In this document: one piece after another, positions 1 through 14,302 of the stretch
Numbering within the stretch: the stretch's first letter is position 1
Layout of the letters: each line of letters starts with the position of its first letter
Made by a program: the position numbers and the translations under genes
DNA from: Gnetum montanum
Taxonomy: Eukaryota; Plantae; Gnetophyta
Reading direction: 5' to 3'
Length of the DNA stretch: 64,000 bases
Assembly: GCA_015680685.1 (NCBI GenBank)
Contig: MNCI01002657.1
Coordinates: 366,427-430,426 of the forward strand
Notes under the pieces: generated by a model
The model's database searches: none
What the model saw: the letters and a program-made list of their open reading frames with translations, nothing else
What the model was told of the DNA's origin: nothing

Positions 1-140
1 AGTGCTTTTGTGCGAAGAAGAAGACATCTTGCCTTGTTTAGTGTGCAATATACTATTATCTTTTCCTTAATCAAACCTAAGGGTTCTTTTCAATGATGTG
101 AATGATTTTCTACATTCTACTTAGTGCACAAACAACTAAG

Positions 141-158
141 TCCCTGGCAACGATGCAA
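141..158 (-). promoter_or_regulatory. Primer binding site, tRNA-Asp type (Athila)
   Basis: The minus strand reads TTGCATCGTTGCCAGGGA directly after the LTR end, resembling the Athila consensus TGGCGCCGTTGCCGGGGA. Confidence 0.75.
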
Positions 159-159
159 A

Positions 160-727
160 TGATGAGAGGCGAGGTACCCCTATGCTCAACCATACAAATA
201 TGAGCATTTCACACACGATCCGGTTGAATTCCAAGGACTGAGTGCCTATGCACCTTTGTGGAATGATAATGGGTTGGTTAATCATTATCTTCCCAATATT
301 ACTTGTATGTCATAGTTGTATGGTTAAGTAAGCTTGAGGCATATGATTTTTATGGGTTTTATGTGTTTTATATCTTGCGCTAATAAAGAGGGGAAGAGAG
401 ATAACTGAATACTAATCTAAATTAACTACTCATTAACTAAGTACTAATTACTCCTACCACCAGTATCCATTCCCACTTGCCATACACATCCTGAACCAGT
501 GCAATGCTACTGGGATTACCAAATGCTAATTGTTACTGGGTTACCAAGAGTTACACCCATGTTCGAAGTGGTTGTATTGAGTGAATTTAACTAAGAGAGT
601 TGTAAGGTGAGAGAGGTCATTAATTAACTAGGAAATCAATAAATAATAATTAACACTAATTAATATATTCTACATGCTACAAGGTTTATCATAAAGTTCA
701 TCTTTATTGCTGTACACAAAGTATGCT
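160..727 (-). mobile_element. 3' part of an Athila-like 5' LTR (cut by the N-gap)
   Basis: The reverse complement ends ...GGGGTACCTCGCCTCTCATCA, homologous to the LTR end at 9012-9032, and is followed by a PBS. Confidence 0.75.
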
Positions 728-904
728 NNNNNNNNNNNNNNNNNNNNNNNNNNNNNNNNNNNNNNNNNNNNNNNNNNNNNNNNNNNNNNNNNNNNNNNNN
801 NNNNNNNNNNNNNNNNNNNNNNNNNNNNNNNNNNNNNNNNNNNNNNNNNNNNNNNNNNNNNNNNNNNNNNNNNNNNNNNNNNNNNNNNNNNNNNNNNNNN
901 NNNN
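728..904. other. Assembly gap (N run)
   Basis: Run of N. Confidence 1.
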
Positions 905-2207
905 GTCCGCGATATCGGATCAACCATGCGATGTCGAATACCCGATATCANCATCGGGTGTTAATGATTATGATTAATCTTGATGTAGAATCATTTTTTA
1001 ACATTACAAGAAACTTAATAAATGCATTGAAAACATGATAGTAATGATTTTCAAATTAATATGAAAGAAAATAATGTCAAACTTTATTAATGAAATTGTT
1101 TGAGTACATTGTTAACAACCTTATGGTTATCTTCCTATGACACTAAGGATCCTTAGAGGTAATCTAGCAGTACACTATAGTTAGGTCATAAGACCAAAAG
1201 GGTGATTAGTTTCTTTTTGCTTTAGTTTACCTAGTTCTCATCACTCACCATTATTTGCTTCACACCTTCATGCTTAGCATGAACTCTAAGTTCCTAGCCT
1301 TAAATTTCATAGGTTAAATCCCTTCTCAAAGGATATTATGAATAGTTACAACTTTTACTAATAAGACATCCCTTTATTTGAAGGTTAAGTACATTGTTAA
1401 TAATACAACTCATGCCTTAACAAGGGATAAGACATTATAATTACACTTGTGTTGTCTTGATTTGGTATAGTTAAGTGTAACTAAGACATATGAACATTGA
1501 TGTTGTTTGGATATGATTAAAATATTATTAACATATTAAAATTTAATCTCTTTAATCTAAATGTAGAAATCAAAGTCTATGCTTGCCTAAGAGATAAGCA
1601 TCTATTCTCAATTTGTTGTATATGTCTTGAACTTACACTACTATTATTGGGTTACCAAGTGTTTCACCACTAGGGAAACTAAGTGGCACATTGCAAGGAT
1701 TACAAAATGTTAACATATTTATGCTTGAAGTTGGACATACTCATTCCACATAACATGCAATTTGAAATTAAAACATAAATTAAACACATTTGAAAATATA
1801 TGTTATGCTACATGCATATGATAATAAAATACATTAAAGTAAATTCTATGTTAGGTTAGAGTACTGCAATGAATTGAAATAATCTTGGTCTTTATTTCTA
1901 GTCATGTAATGTATCTAGACATATAGCACTTGAATCAAGACTCTATATAATTTCTTCACATCATGTTGTAGGTATTTGTTGACTAATACTAAATTTTATG
2001 TCTACAAATTGATAGAGTTTCATTACAGGGAATGATTGAATGGTGTTTCATTACAAATTGATAGAGTTTCAACATTGATGCATTTACATAGCCAAGCCAT
2101 GTTGACATTGATTCATCAACACAGTCAACTAATTTCTATTTATTAATATTAAATTTTAAAATAAATAATATTTAAATTATTATTTTAAAATTAAAAGAAG
2201 TCCATAA

Positions 2208-5200
2208 TGTAACTCAAACCTTGTAATCTAAGGTTACTAGTCCAAACAAAATGGAGGATTCAAACCCACTCAAAGGTGTTGAAAAAGAAGGAAAAACATA
2301 AACTAGCTTTCTACCACTAAGAGAAAATTGGAGGATCCAAAAGATGGTATTCTTCGATTTTCTATTATTATGTTTATGTTTTTAATAATAATATAATAAT
2401 TTCAATACACATTATCTCTGGATCTAGATTTATTTGAGACCTTTATTCTTCCTAAGAGACATCAAGAGATTAGTATAAAAAAATATTAATGAAATATAGA
2501 TCATGAATTTAATTCTCAAATATAATATAAAAGCATAATTAGGCTATAAGAACTATAGCAAACTATAAAACATAGAATAACAACCCATATTTTTAGATTC
2601 GAAGTTAGTATGATTACCTTCTTCTTTTATGCTTCTTAATTCTTTAGATGTTTCTGCTATGATTTTTAGTTAGGTTTATTAGCTACATTGGATTTTTAAC
2701 ATTATGTTCTTCTTATGCTCATGTACATTTATTTTATGCATTTTAATTATATTATCATCTAGTGTGCACTAACCTAGTAAGAAGTTTGTCATGTTGTTTA
2801 TGGAGGCTATGGTATGGGAAGGAAAGACATGTGATGGCCTGATCAAGGTTTGTGTAAACATGATATTTTTGTTTATTAAATTTATCATGGAATTTATTAT
2901 TTTTAATTAATTTTTTATATGGCTTGTTGGATTGAGAAAAGTATACATTAGTTATGAGAGGCTTAGTAATAGTTTCTTGATTTGTAATTTTAAATCTTTT
3001 GTGAAATAGGATTAGGGTTCAACATTTGTAATTTTAGTATTTTAAATTGAAAACCTAAGATTCTATTATTTCAAGTACTTTAACATTCATTCTCTTAGAT
3101 GTGGAAGCACTACTAGATTGGAGACTTGTAGTGGTGTGAAGCTTGACTGATTTATGCATGTGAATCATGTATTTGTGCATTTCTTCATGGATTGTGCTAC
3201 TTATTTTCTAGATTAGTTGTCTTGGCATCTTCTCATGATTATTTCAGTTCTTAGGTTTTGTGCATTATTGGTGTGCCTTGATTTTGTTAGAATTTTTCTT
3301 ACATTTATATGTAATTATGATAAGGTTGGATCTTTTATTAAATGATTAGAATCATTTGATTTTTATGCTCTCTTCACATGCTTTATTTTGTTGTAACTTT
3401 ACTATTTTATTGATTTCTTAGGATTTAGAATTTGATGATAATTTAATAAAAAATTTATTTAAGGCTTTGGTATTATACATGAGCCTCTTTCTTTGTATCT
3501 TTTTAGATTCATCTTATTTCAGATCTATTTGGGTCTTGATTATTCCATCAAATTTTTAGATGAACATCATTTTATGAGTTTTGTTGATTTTACCTAGGGT
3601 TTAGACCCTTTGTCATACCTTCATTTTAATTATCACTTTTTATCTTGAATTAAAGACTTGATTATGTCCCCTATGTCATAGCTATTATTTTGTCTATGTT
3701 CCCTATTAATTTTTGATCATTTGGAAGTAATTTCAAGTTGTTTTTTCATTTCCTTAGTTTCATGCCAAAATGACTAGTCTACCATGGGTTTCATGAGGCT
3801 GTTGGCACTTATCATGAGTTGTGGTTAGGTCATGATCTCTTATTATGGATCATGGTCAATCCTTTTATCTTGTCTTATAATTTCATCTATGTTTCTAGGA
3901 AACCTATAATTCTAAAAGTTGTGGTCAAGTCATGGTCAATTATCATGTATTGTGATAAAGTTGTACTCAATAATTCCTTGTTGGTTTTGTTATTTAAGTC
4001 ATTTCAATGATTTCTAATTAACCATAGATCATGATCGAGTAATGATCAATCGTCATAGATTATGGTCAGGTTGTGATTGAGGTATTTTTATTATAGTTTT
4101 TATAGGTGAGTTTTCTTAGTAAACCATGAGTCACGATCAACCACCATCGGTTGTGGTGAAGTTTTAGTATGGTAATTGTGTTATTTTTAGATATGTCTTA
4201 CCTATGGAGATTATTTAGACATGTTTTGGAATCTTTAAATATTTTTTGACATTGCTTAGTATGTCTAAAACATGTTGGATTTTTGGACTTAAGCTTGGAG
4301 TTAATTCTTGGTTCTTGTTGGAGTTTTCAATCATGTAGACTTATGGAAATTATTTCTTTGTTTCTCTATCATCAACGTTTGATTTGGACTTATGTGGGTG
4401 CTCAAATGTTTAATATTTGCAAAGAACTAGCATTAAGTTATATGGTTAGTTGGAGATGGGCTTCTTGAAAATGTTTGGTATCTAACAATTACTAGAATGC
4501 ATCAATATGGATCTTGTTGTAGGCCCCATATTGTAGGAGAGGGTGATCCTTGGATCATTGGTCCCTTTGTTTTAGGCCTATAATATGTTGGAGATAAGTT
4601 CTGGATGATACCTCTAGCACTAGTAGTTTTTTTTTGAGACTAAAAAGTAAATTAATACACATGGTAGTTTGGATTTGGATATGGAAATTTGGTTTGGAAA
4701 GTACTCATGATAAAAATTCAAATATTTGAAACTATGTGTGATGCACGATAGCTTAATTTTTTGGAGGTTAATGGGTTGGAGTGGATAACTTAGTTTTATT
4801 AAATATTTGTTTGATGCCAACATTTATAAATGATGTGTGATTTGTGATGTTTGAATTTATTTGTTCTATACTAACATGTGTTATTAGCTAACATTCCTTC
4901 ATCTAGCTACCATGAGACTTGGCCTTGAATAAACAATAGGAGATGCCAATGTTTCTTACTCAATTTATACTAAGTTTCTCTTTTGTTTTCTAGTTATTAG
5001 GGCTAGGTAAAGCAAGTAGATCTCTTGATGTTTATTACTAAAGTCTTAGATATTATCCATATTCTCTTTATAATTTTTAGACTATCTATTTTTTTGCATA
5101 TTATGACATTTTTGAACATGTAGTAGTCTATTATTTATGATGCTTTATGTATTTAGATCATGGATATTTTATTTATTGTTGAAAATATTAATATTGCAAG

Positions 5201-5497
5201 ATATTCATGGTTATGCATTATTGCATATTCAAATGTTCTATTATTCATGTTTAGTTTACTATAGCTTTTTATTTGTTATAAATATATTTATAAGTGATCT
5301 AGTTTTTTATTTATCTTTTTTGTTAATGTTATTCTTTTCCTTTTTATCATGGTATCATTATATTTTTCTTTTGCTTCCTTATTGCTACCTTAGATTTTTT
5401 TGATTTTTAGTTCTTTTTTCCATGACCAAATTTTCATTTGAAGTTTTATACCCAATGTAATGATTTTTAACCTAAGGCTAGGAAGGAGAGTGTTACA
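2208..5497. mobile_element. Possible old solo LTR or degraded retroelement
   Basis: Bounded by inverted termini TGTAAC...GTTACA. Flanks CATAA/CAGAG match only 3/5. Degenerate CCATG/TCATGATC repeats occur at 3780-4160, and there is no coding signal. Confidence 0.3.
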
Positions 5498-5999
5498 CAG
5501 AGAAAATACATTATGAAAAATAATTGGACCATAGCTAAGCAAGCAACATACAAGATTGGACAAGTATTAATGGTTTGAGTTCCAACAAATGATATAATAG
5601 ACATTTGTACAGTTTAACTTTCTATAAAGCTTAATTATAAAAATGGTACTATCTATTCAAAAATTCATATAAAAAAGTTTATTAAATATTTTAGCAAGAT
5701 ATATCAAAATCTTGAAAAGCTATACATAATACAAACCAAATATAATAATTAGTAAAACGAAGGTTCAAAACCCATGATGTTACATTGGATTTTCTTGAAA
5801 GTTCTAGATAGGTCTTAATCTTTTGTTTTTGTTGCTCATATTAGTATGAGTATTTAATGTAAGTCAAGTTATTTTATGAGTATATCTTTTAGTGCTAAAC
5901 ACTATATTTCTTCTTAAGTTGTCATTGCCTCACTTCTTAAGTGGAAAAAGTCACCTCATGTATATATTTGGGCTTGGGAGGCTGAAAATGCCTTGGGAA

Positions 6000-7142
6000 T
6001 TTTCAAAATTAGTATTTTCATGGTTTTTCTAGAGGTATAGCCTCAACTACGCTAAAACCATCTACTTGAACGTTGATGGTGTTGGGTTTTCATTTCAAAG
6101 TAAAACCCAGCGCAGTCACCAACAAAACCTAGTGTAGACACACATATCCAGCATTGGAATTGTTGGGCTTTCCATTTTCCAAAAGTGGCTAGCATAGCAT
6201 GACCAATGTAGACATCATGTTCACGAGTAGTTTTCAGCAACCTTAGCATAGTCCATCAAATTCAGCATAGTTGAGATGGTGCTAATGTAGTCACAAAAGT
6301 CTATTTACTATTTATAGTATTTTGATGGACTTTGATGTCTACAGTGTACCAAAACTTACCATAAATGGTTACCTATGCTAAGAATTATAACTGTTACACT
6401 TGCAAATAAATATCAATATGTTAGTAATCATGATAGTGATGTATAGAGCCTAAAATTAGCAATCCCATAGCCTATATAAGCCAAAGGTGAATACCTTATT
6501 GGGTTTCCAACTTCTTAAGTAGTTCTAAATTCAATTGTTCCATAACTTGAAAGAAAATTCAAATTTTTGCAATCAAAACCTTTTGTAACCTTGAAACGCC
6601 CATGAGATCAAATTATATCTATGCTGGGCATTAGAGACTCTCAATGTGATACCATTACATCAAAGGGAGGAACATTGCCCATGATCAAAGTTATAGATTC
6701 TAGGGAAGAGTAGCAAGGGTTTGTTAGAAATTGGGGTTGAAAAGTATCCAGACCATGGAGTTTGAGTGTAGAACGCAACCTGCTAGCTCCAATGGACATC
6801 AAGCTTCATCCAAGAAAACTTGTTGTGCACTTGAGCACAAAAATGTGTATGTCTTAAACCTTGCACTTTATGTATTTTTCCATTTCAATAAAGTTACAGT
6901 TCATTGTTGTGTAGATTTAAGATCAAGTTTTAATTTCTATGTCTATTTTCATTTCGAATCTATAATTCTATTTCTGTTTCCATCATTATTTATGTTTTTG
7001 TAAGTCCTTGGATGATTGGCTAGACTATCTAGGGTGCCTTGAATCTTATTTTATGGAGGCCCTTGAGATTCAAGGCTAAAAGTATTTTACACCTAGGATT
7101 TTCCAATTTTCATTCTAGCAATTGAACTTTCCAAGCCCTACA
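6000..7142 (+). mobile_element. 5' LTR of the outermost old Tat-like element (E0); 5' boundary approximate
   Basis: Ends in ...CCCTACA and is followed by a tRNA-Asn-type PBS. TATA-like CTATATAAG at 6472 lies ~670 bp from the end, similar to the spacing in the E3 LTR. Confidence 0.5.
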
Positions 7143-7148
7143 ATTTTC

Positions 7149-7165
7149 TAGTGGTAGAAGGAGGG
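7149..7165 (+). promoter_or_regulatory. Degenerate PBS (tRNA-Asn type) of E0
   Basis: TAGTGGTAGAAGGAGGG versus TGGCGCTAGAAGGAGGG in E2. Confidence 0.65.
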
Positions 7166-7853
7166 CCTCTGCTCAAATTCTTAGCCCAAAGATTCAATTC
7201 TAGCCTTTTCTAAATACCAAGTCTTTTACATTTTCAAATTTTAAAACTTGTAAAAAAATTCCATCAAAGGTAATTTTTATATCCAAATTCTTGTCCAAAT
7301 ACCCAACATAGTTATGGTAAGTGAGTGGGTTTTTGCTATATTTATACAGCAGTTGTTGGATTTCATGGAACCAGCGTAGTTTACCTTAAGGACCAAAATC
7401 CAAAAACCTAGTTCCATTTCCAAAATCCAAATCCCTATGTTGTGAAATTTTTTGGAAACGGTTAGTATTTAATTTCTTAATACCAATGTATCTTCTTCAA
7501 GAGAAAATATTCCAAGCTTGGTGTTACTGGGTGAAAATCATTTTTCCAACCCATAACTCACTGTAGTTGGTTGGGAGTTATAGTGGTGTACTGCACCAAC
7601 CTCTAGCATAGATCTTGTTGGTAGGGCTAGCGTAGTTATTGTTACCATCTAAAACATTGTCTACTGCACAGTATACAAACTTCTATTGGATAGTATTTTA
7701 CAATAACAATTTTTTACTGCCTTGCATTTATAGTCAACTACACTAGAGGATAAGTCCATTAGCTGGAGTTTTTACTAAAAATAGTTAAGAAGTCAAAAAA
7801 ACCACTTCAATCATGTCTTTCAATCACTTGATTGTTCTGCCCTTCAACTTCAT

Positions 7854-9032
7854 TGATGCTAGATCCATCTAGCAAGCAGTAAGGGTTTATTACCCCAAAG
7901 ATCCTACTGTAGCTAAGTGTAAGCAATCACTTAGGCTTAGGGGGTAAAGTCCAAAATTTTTATTGATAAATGAAGATTATTACTAGTTCATTTATGCTAA
8001 AATTTAGGCTAGCATGCTCATTCCAAGAATGAAAGTAGAGATAAAACAAGAGTATGAACTCTTCCATCCTGATGAGAAGGAATACATACCTTCCCCATAT
8101 GATAAAACATCCTTGAACAAAACCTACATGTGTATCCTTTTTCAATTAATTAAGATGGATGAAGAGGATGGAAAGGCTAGCTTAGGTGAACAACATGAGG
8201 AATAAGATAAGTTTGAGGTTGAGTCTTGATGAATCACTATTTGTCTTTGGCCACAATGTCGAGTACATGACATTGGGGTATATAACCCAAGTCTATAAAT
8301 ACCATGCCTAGGCTCCCATTTTGAGTCAGTTTTCAGTTTTAGTTTTTGGTCATTCTTAGTCCGAGTAGCAAAGCTCCTGCAGTTTATTTTTCTCAAAGTT
8401 ATAATATTTTCTAAGTGGCTACAGAAGGAATCTAAAGTGTGTATGATTCTTTGTTTGAGCACTAATGTACTTGAGCATAGTAGTGTGATGGGAATAAAAC
8501 AAACTCTTTTGACAATACTTGTAGCATTGAGAATAGCTTAATATTTTCTTTAATACATTTTACTTTTTTGTTCTTTACTTTAATGCATTTGATTAAGCAA
8601 TTTATTTCTAGTAGTTAATGAACACAAGAACGACCACTTTGAGCATTCATATAGTACTTGGTAACCCAGCAATGCTTAACATTTGGTAGTCTAGTAGTGC
8701 TATATGTGTTTAGGAAAGTGGGACGGTTACTTATGTTAGGCTAGTTAGGAAATAGAGATTAGTTTTCAATCTACTCTATCCTTATTCTTATTGTAGGAAA
8801 TTACATCCATGAAATATAAAATGACAAAAATTCATATATCTCAATTACACTTAAACCATATCCTTGAGCCTCACAAGTGTAGTTGGGAAGATAAAAAATG
8901 TTCTCAATGTCATTTTACTTCCTAGAGAAACTAGTGTACGAGATAACTATAGGTCCATGGAATTCAATCGAATCCTACGTAATGCCTTAGTGATTCGTAT
9001 GGTTGGGTGTAGGGGTACCTCGCCACTCATCA
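7854..9032 (+). repeat. 5' LTR of Athila-like E1
   Basis: TGATG...CATCA termini, CTATAAATA at 8273, PBS immediately downstream, and homologous copies at 160-727 (-) and 53975-55110. Confidence 0.85.
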
Positions 9033-9033
9033 T

Positions 9034-9051
9034 TGGCACTATTGTTGAGGA
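9034..9051 (+). promoter_or_regulatory. PBS (tRNA-Asp type, decayed) of E1
   Basis: TGGCACTATTGTTGAGGA differs from TGGCGCCGTTGCCGGGGA only by transitions. Confidence 0.75.
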
Positions 9052-9193
9052 CATTTTTGTTGTTTTGTGCACTATCTAGGACCTAGTGAAAATATTTAAA
9101 TTATTGGAATGAACCTAAGATTCATATCTTATTTCAAAATTACTATAATAAATTCTCAAGGCACACTATGATTTTTTATTCACTAATTAAAAA

Positions 9194-12100
9194 TGTCTTC
9201 TTCTCATAGGAGCACTTCTTTGCCCAAGGCAGATACCGTTCATTTGAAAAAGCCTCAACTATACCAAATCATATATACTCATCCTAATAAGTAGGTGCCA
9301 AACTTCACCTTCATCCTACAGTAGGATGAATAGTTGTGATGGCATGACATGAAGGGAAACATTGTGTTGTCACCCAATCGTGCTACTCCTAAAATGCTCT
9401 ATCAATTGCTTGCATGATGTGGTCTTCAAGACCACCATGGGAAGTATAATGTGGAAGATGTTGATGCCAGGGATTATCATCCCATCAAAGTAGAACACTT
9501 GTCAGACTAGTAGCTAGAAGAACTATGAGTTTTTGAAGGGAAAAGGGCTTAACAATCCTCCATTCCTATTGTACCAACAAGCTAGTGGATAATCCTCTTT
9601 TTGACTTTAGCAATGGAGGTTAAAGCTAGAATCTACACTCCATAGATCATAATCTTGATTCAAGTAATAAGGAATCAAATGACAAAGAAGGATCTAGAGG
9701 GGTATGTCAAGATAGGGATGTTGACAAGAAGCATGATTGTAATCATGGTCACGATCACCGAAGAGGCGATAGTAGGCACCATGATGGTGCTGATTCTCCT
9801 TCCTCTTTTCCTTTATCATCATCTTCTTCTTCTAGCTTTGACCATGACTATAGAAGGTGAGATTATGATGGAGGTGATCAAAATGAGTGCATTGATTGAT
9901 GGGACCATAATAATCAAAGGGACCATCAAGACAAGCAAGATCAAGGATGTAGATGTTCAAGAGAGGCACATCGCCATGAACAAAGAAGGAGTAGAGGGCA
10001 TCGTAGACACCATGATCAAGGCCTTGATGAGCCTCTATTTACTACTTGAAGTATGCTTAACATTGTAGAGGTAGTCAGAATCCCAACAAGGCATGTGAAA
10101 GATAGTCAGATCAAATAATTAAACATGAACAATACTCCTTGATTTGAAGGAGGATATAACTCTGATATGCAAAATCATCTTCAAGCTTTCCAAGATGCAT
10201 ATGCCTTGTAAGAAATAGAGAACAAGTGGTAGAAATTGAATTTTTTTCCAAGGAAACTCATAAAAAAAAAAGAATTGGTACCAGTTGTTAAAACTAGAAT
10301 CTATCAGATCATGGAGTACCATGCTTGAGATGTTCAATGATAAGTATCAAATGTACTCCATAGTGTCCAACTTAAGGAAGCAAATTCAAGGGTGGAAACA
10401 AGGAATACACAAACCCTTGGATGTTGCCATTAGCTAATACTATGACTTGATGCACAGATGTCTTGGCCATGGTTATTCTCAATTGGCTCAACTTCACCAC
10501 ATTGTAGACAAGATTTGTAATGAAATGAGTAAAACCATTGGTGTCTATGCCCAAGGTAGATTGTCAAAACTAACTTACCCATTAGGTATAAAGTTTAATA
10601 GGACAAGTTACCAAAAAGGAGGGTGAACTAAGAAAAAGTGAAAGTGTAGAGGAGTATAATCATGATCCTTCCATCCACAAGAGGAAGGTTTGATTATACG
10701 ACAGTGAGGATGAATCCATATTTGATGAGGGAATGCATAACAAAGCCTTGTCACTTCAACAATTCCAATCAAAACTTATGGCCAAGGTTGATTAGGTAAG
10801 GGACTCTATGGATAGTAGATTTTAAGTTGTTCTCAAAATTGCTGAAGAGTCTAAAGAACATGGTAGTGACCATGAGTGTAGGAGGTGCAAGGAAGCTGAA
10901 CATGCATATTGCAAAGGTAAGGATAAAATTGTTGCAATAGAAGAAGTTGTAGATAGTGAATTAGATGATGATCATGGATGTGATGTATGTCAGTATGAAC
11001 ATCCCAAGGGATGTTGCTCTATTGCATCATAATTTCAGGAATTTGGGCTGTATGCCTCTATTCCATGACTTACAAAAAGGCAAACATCTAGAAGGTTGCC
11101 TTATCCTTAAGGTAATCTTAGGCAATTCTGCTAGAAATAGCTATATTATCCAAGTGGAGCTCCACTACAACTGTACAATAGTAACAACAATGATAGTAAT
11201 CATAATCATGGGCATTTGCATTTCCAAGGTAACAATACCCTTATTGGTGGCTTGATCCATATGTTTACCATGTTTACCATCCCATGTTTCCATGTGAATC
11301 TTTCAGTCATGTCTCTAATATTCAACCTTACTACCATCTTTCTGATTACTATCAAACTCCTTCTTCACATGAAAGAAGGGATGCCACCTTCTATCATTAT
11401 CCTCCTCCTATCCCTGAACACACTCCTACTTCAGTTGCACAACTACCACCTACTCCTATGCAGGAGGAATTGCTCGCTCAACTACAACAATGCAATGCTA
11501 CAGGGGTTATTAATTTGTAACCTAATCATCAATTGGAGGGGTTGAATGCCCTATCAAAGGAAAGACCTTTCTTTTGACCCCATAGTCCACCTAAGCCTTC
11601 ACCTACACCCACGGTTGACAACCCTACTCTTGCCTCTTCCTCCATATCAAATTCCTTTCGGCCTCCTTCAAACCAAACTCTACCAAGGATCCATACTATA
11701 ATGCTCACTCATACTGTGTCCAATTGGATCCATGCAGGAAACCTTCCTAGGAAATTAGCCAACCTTGGAAGTCCTTTAATTTATTTGTAGATTGTTGGGA
11801 ATGAATCATGTAAGGCTCTTCTCGATTTAGGTTCTAGTGTTAATTTAATTTCTCATGAGATGTACACTACATGGAACCTAGCTCCTCTTAAGAAGAGCAA
11901 AATCATATTCGAATTGCTTCACTAGTCCATCACTATTCCATTAGGACTAATAGAAGACATTACGACCACTATCTATGGATTGTCTTATTTTATAAATTTA
12001 CTAGTAATCAAAGTGGAGAACTACAAAGGGGACTTCCCAATCATTATTGGAAGGGCATGGATAAGCATCATTGATGCAAGAATGGGCATCAAAGATCTTT

Positions 12101-14302
12101 CCCTAGAGATATCTAAAGAAAATGCATTTGGAAAGATCAAGAAGAAGAGAGTTCCATGCATCATGTATAATGATACAGAGTGCAATTATGTGTAGAAACT
12201 TTGGATCATAAAGTAAGAATATATCTCTGCATGCAAGTAGTGTGTGCTAGAAGTAGAAATTCAAAGGTATCTGTATGCAATAGCCACAAAATAAGAGGGC
12301 AACCAGTGGATAACTACAGATTTAGAAAGTAGCACACTGTGCATGGAACTAGCTGAGAGCTTGACATGTAAATATGTCATGAGCATGGATGAACTAGAGC
12401 AAGCTCATCACCAACTCTTTGATGATACAAATGATGATACCTATTGGGGAGAGTTGGAAATTCCTAAGAATTTCAAGCAACAGCCCATTGAACTAAAAAT
12501 GTTACCAACTAGAATGAAATATGTATTTTAAAAAAATAAGAAGCTGGTTAAAATCAATGTAAGACTTGCTCTAGAAAAAAAGAGATGCTATGGAAGGTAG
12601 TTGAAAGATTATTAGCAGCTTTTGCTTGGTTATATCTTGAACTCATAGGGATTGATCCTAGGATATGCCAGCATTGCATTTACACTAACTCAGCTATGAC
12701 GCCAAAATGATAACCATAGAGGTAGTTGAACCCCAAATTTGAACCCCAAATTAAAGTAAATCATCAAAGAAAGATGCTCCTTTTATTTGGACATTGAAAT
12801 GTGAAAAAGAATTTCAGCAATTGAAATAAAAACTTGTAGAAACTCCAATTCTACAATTAATTGATTGGTTCAGACCATTTCACATCATGATGGGCACATC
12901 AAATTATGCCTTGGAAGTATTGTTGACATAGTTAGATGACAAGAAATGACCATACTACATCCACTACATTAGCCGAAGCATTATGGGTGCACAATTGAAC
13001 TACACCACCATAGAGAAAGAATTGATGGTGGTGGTGTTTGCTCTAGAAAATTTTAGGCATTATGTGCTTGGATACAAGATGTTTATGCACACTAATCATA
13101 GTGGCATCTGCTTCCTAATGAACAAGCCAACGGTAAGCCCTCATGTCATACGGTGGCTTGTGATCTTGCAGCAATTTGATTTTACAATGGTAGATCAAAA
13201 GGGCACTGAGAATGTGGTCATTGATTACTTGTCTTAGTTGCAATGGGATGACAAAGAGGATAAAAATCCATAATCTAATACATTTTTTGATGAACTCATC
13301 TTTGCTGAGGAAATAACTAAAAAAATGCCCAATGAGCCAAAATGATATGATAACATTCTCACCTATCTTCTCACTTAGGAGATGCCACAAGGGTTGGACC
13401 ATCGAAAGAAATAGTAGCTTCTTCACTAGGTAAAGCACTTCATGGAGATCATTGGACACCTCTATAAGGTGTGTGCTAATGGCCTAGTTCATTGTTATGT
13501 CCCTGATGCTTATCAACTGCATGTTCTCCAAGACACTCATGAAGGCCCTTGTGGAGGACACTATGCTGGGAGATGCATGGCCATTAAGATCTTGATGGTA
13601 TTGGTCAATACTCGTTAGGAATGCTCACCATTTCATCCACTCTTGCGAACGATGCCAACAAGATGGTGGAATGATTGCTCAAATGGATGGACCTTAACAA
13701 TGGATTCAATCGTTAGAACCATTTGACATTTGGGGCATTGATTTCATGGATCCCATTACATCCATGTCAAATGGAAAGGCATACATCATAGTCGGTGTTG
13801 ACTATTGTATGAAATGCATAGAATTAGTAGTTTTCATCAACTATACATCCTCTACTATTTCTCAGTTTCATTAAATAGGTTTGGTGTGCCATGTGCATTG
13901 ATTCCTGACAATGGAAGTTATTTTACATGCACTACTTTTCGAAAGCTCATGCAACGCTTGGGGGTTGAACACAAACTCACAACACCTTACCAACCCCAAG
14001 CTAATGGTCAAGCTGAGGTTACCAATAGGGAAATCATAAGGATACTAACAAGAATTGTTAGCAAGTATAGGAAGGACTAGGGTGGCAAACTAAAATGATG
14101 CCCTTTGGGCCTACCACTCAACTTGGAAATTTCCTATAGGATACTCTCCCTATGAGCTTGTGTATGGCAAACTACCAATGCTTCCTATTCAATTTGAGCT
14201 CCATACACTTTCAAAAACTTGTGACCTTTACCTTGACTTAAGTCTAGCCCAAAAAGAAAGATTAATGAATCTCAACTTGCTAGATGAAAACCAATTAGTA
14301 GT
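9194..14302 (+). pseudogene. Athila-like gag-PR-(RT mostly deleted)-RH-INT, degenerate, 5' part
   Basis: Protease LLDLGSSVN at ~11815. RNase H LNYTTIEKELMVVVFALENFRHY...RWLVILQQFDF at 12983-13237. Integrase HEGPCGGH, WGIDFM, PDNG and YQPQANGQAEVTN. Many stops and frameshifts; start approximate. Confidence 0.85.

Noticed and set aside
660-977. ORFs spanning N runs (also 52772-53162)
   Set aside because: Artefacts of assembly gaps.
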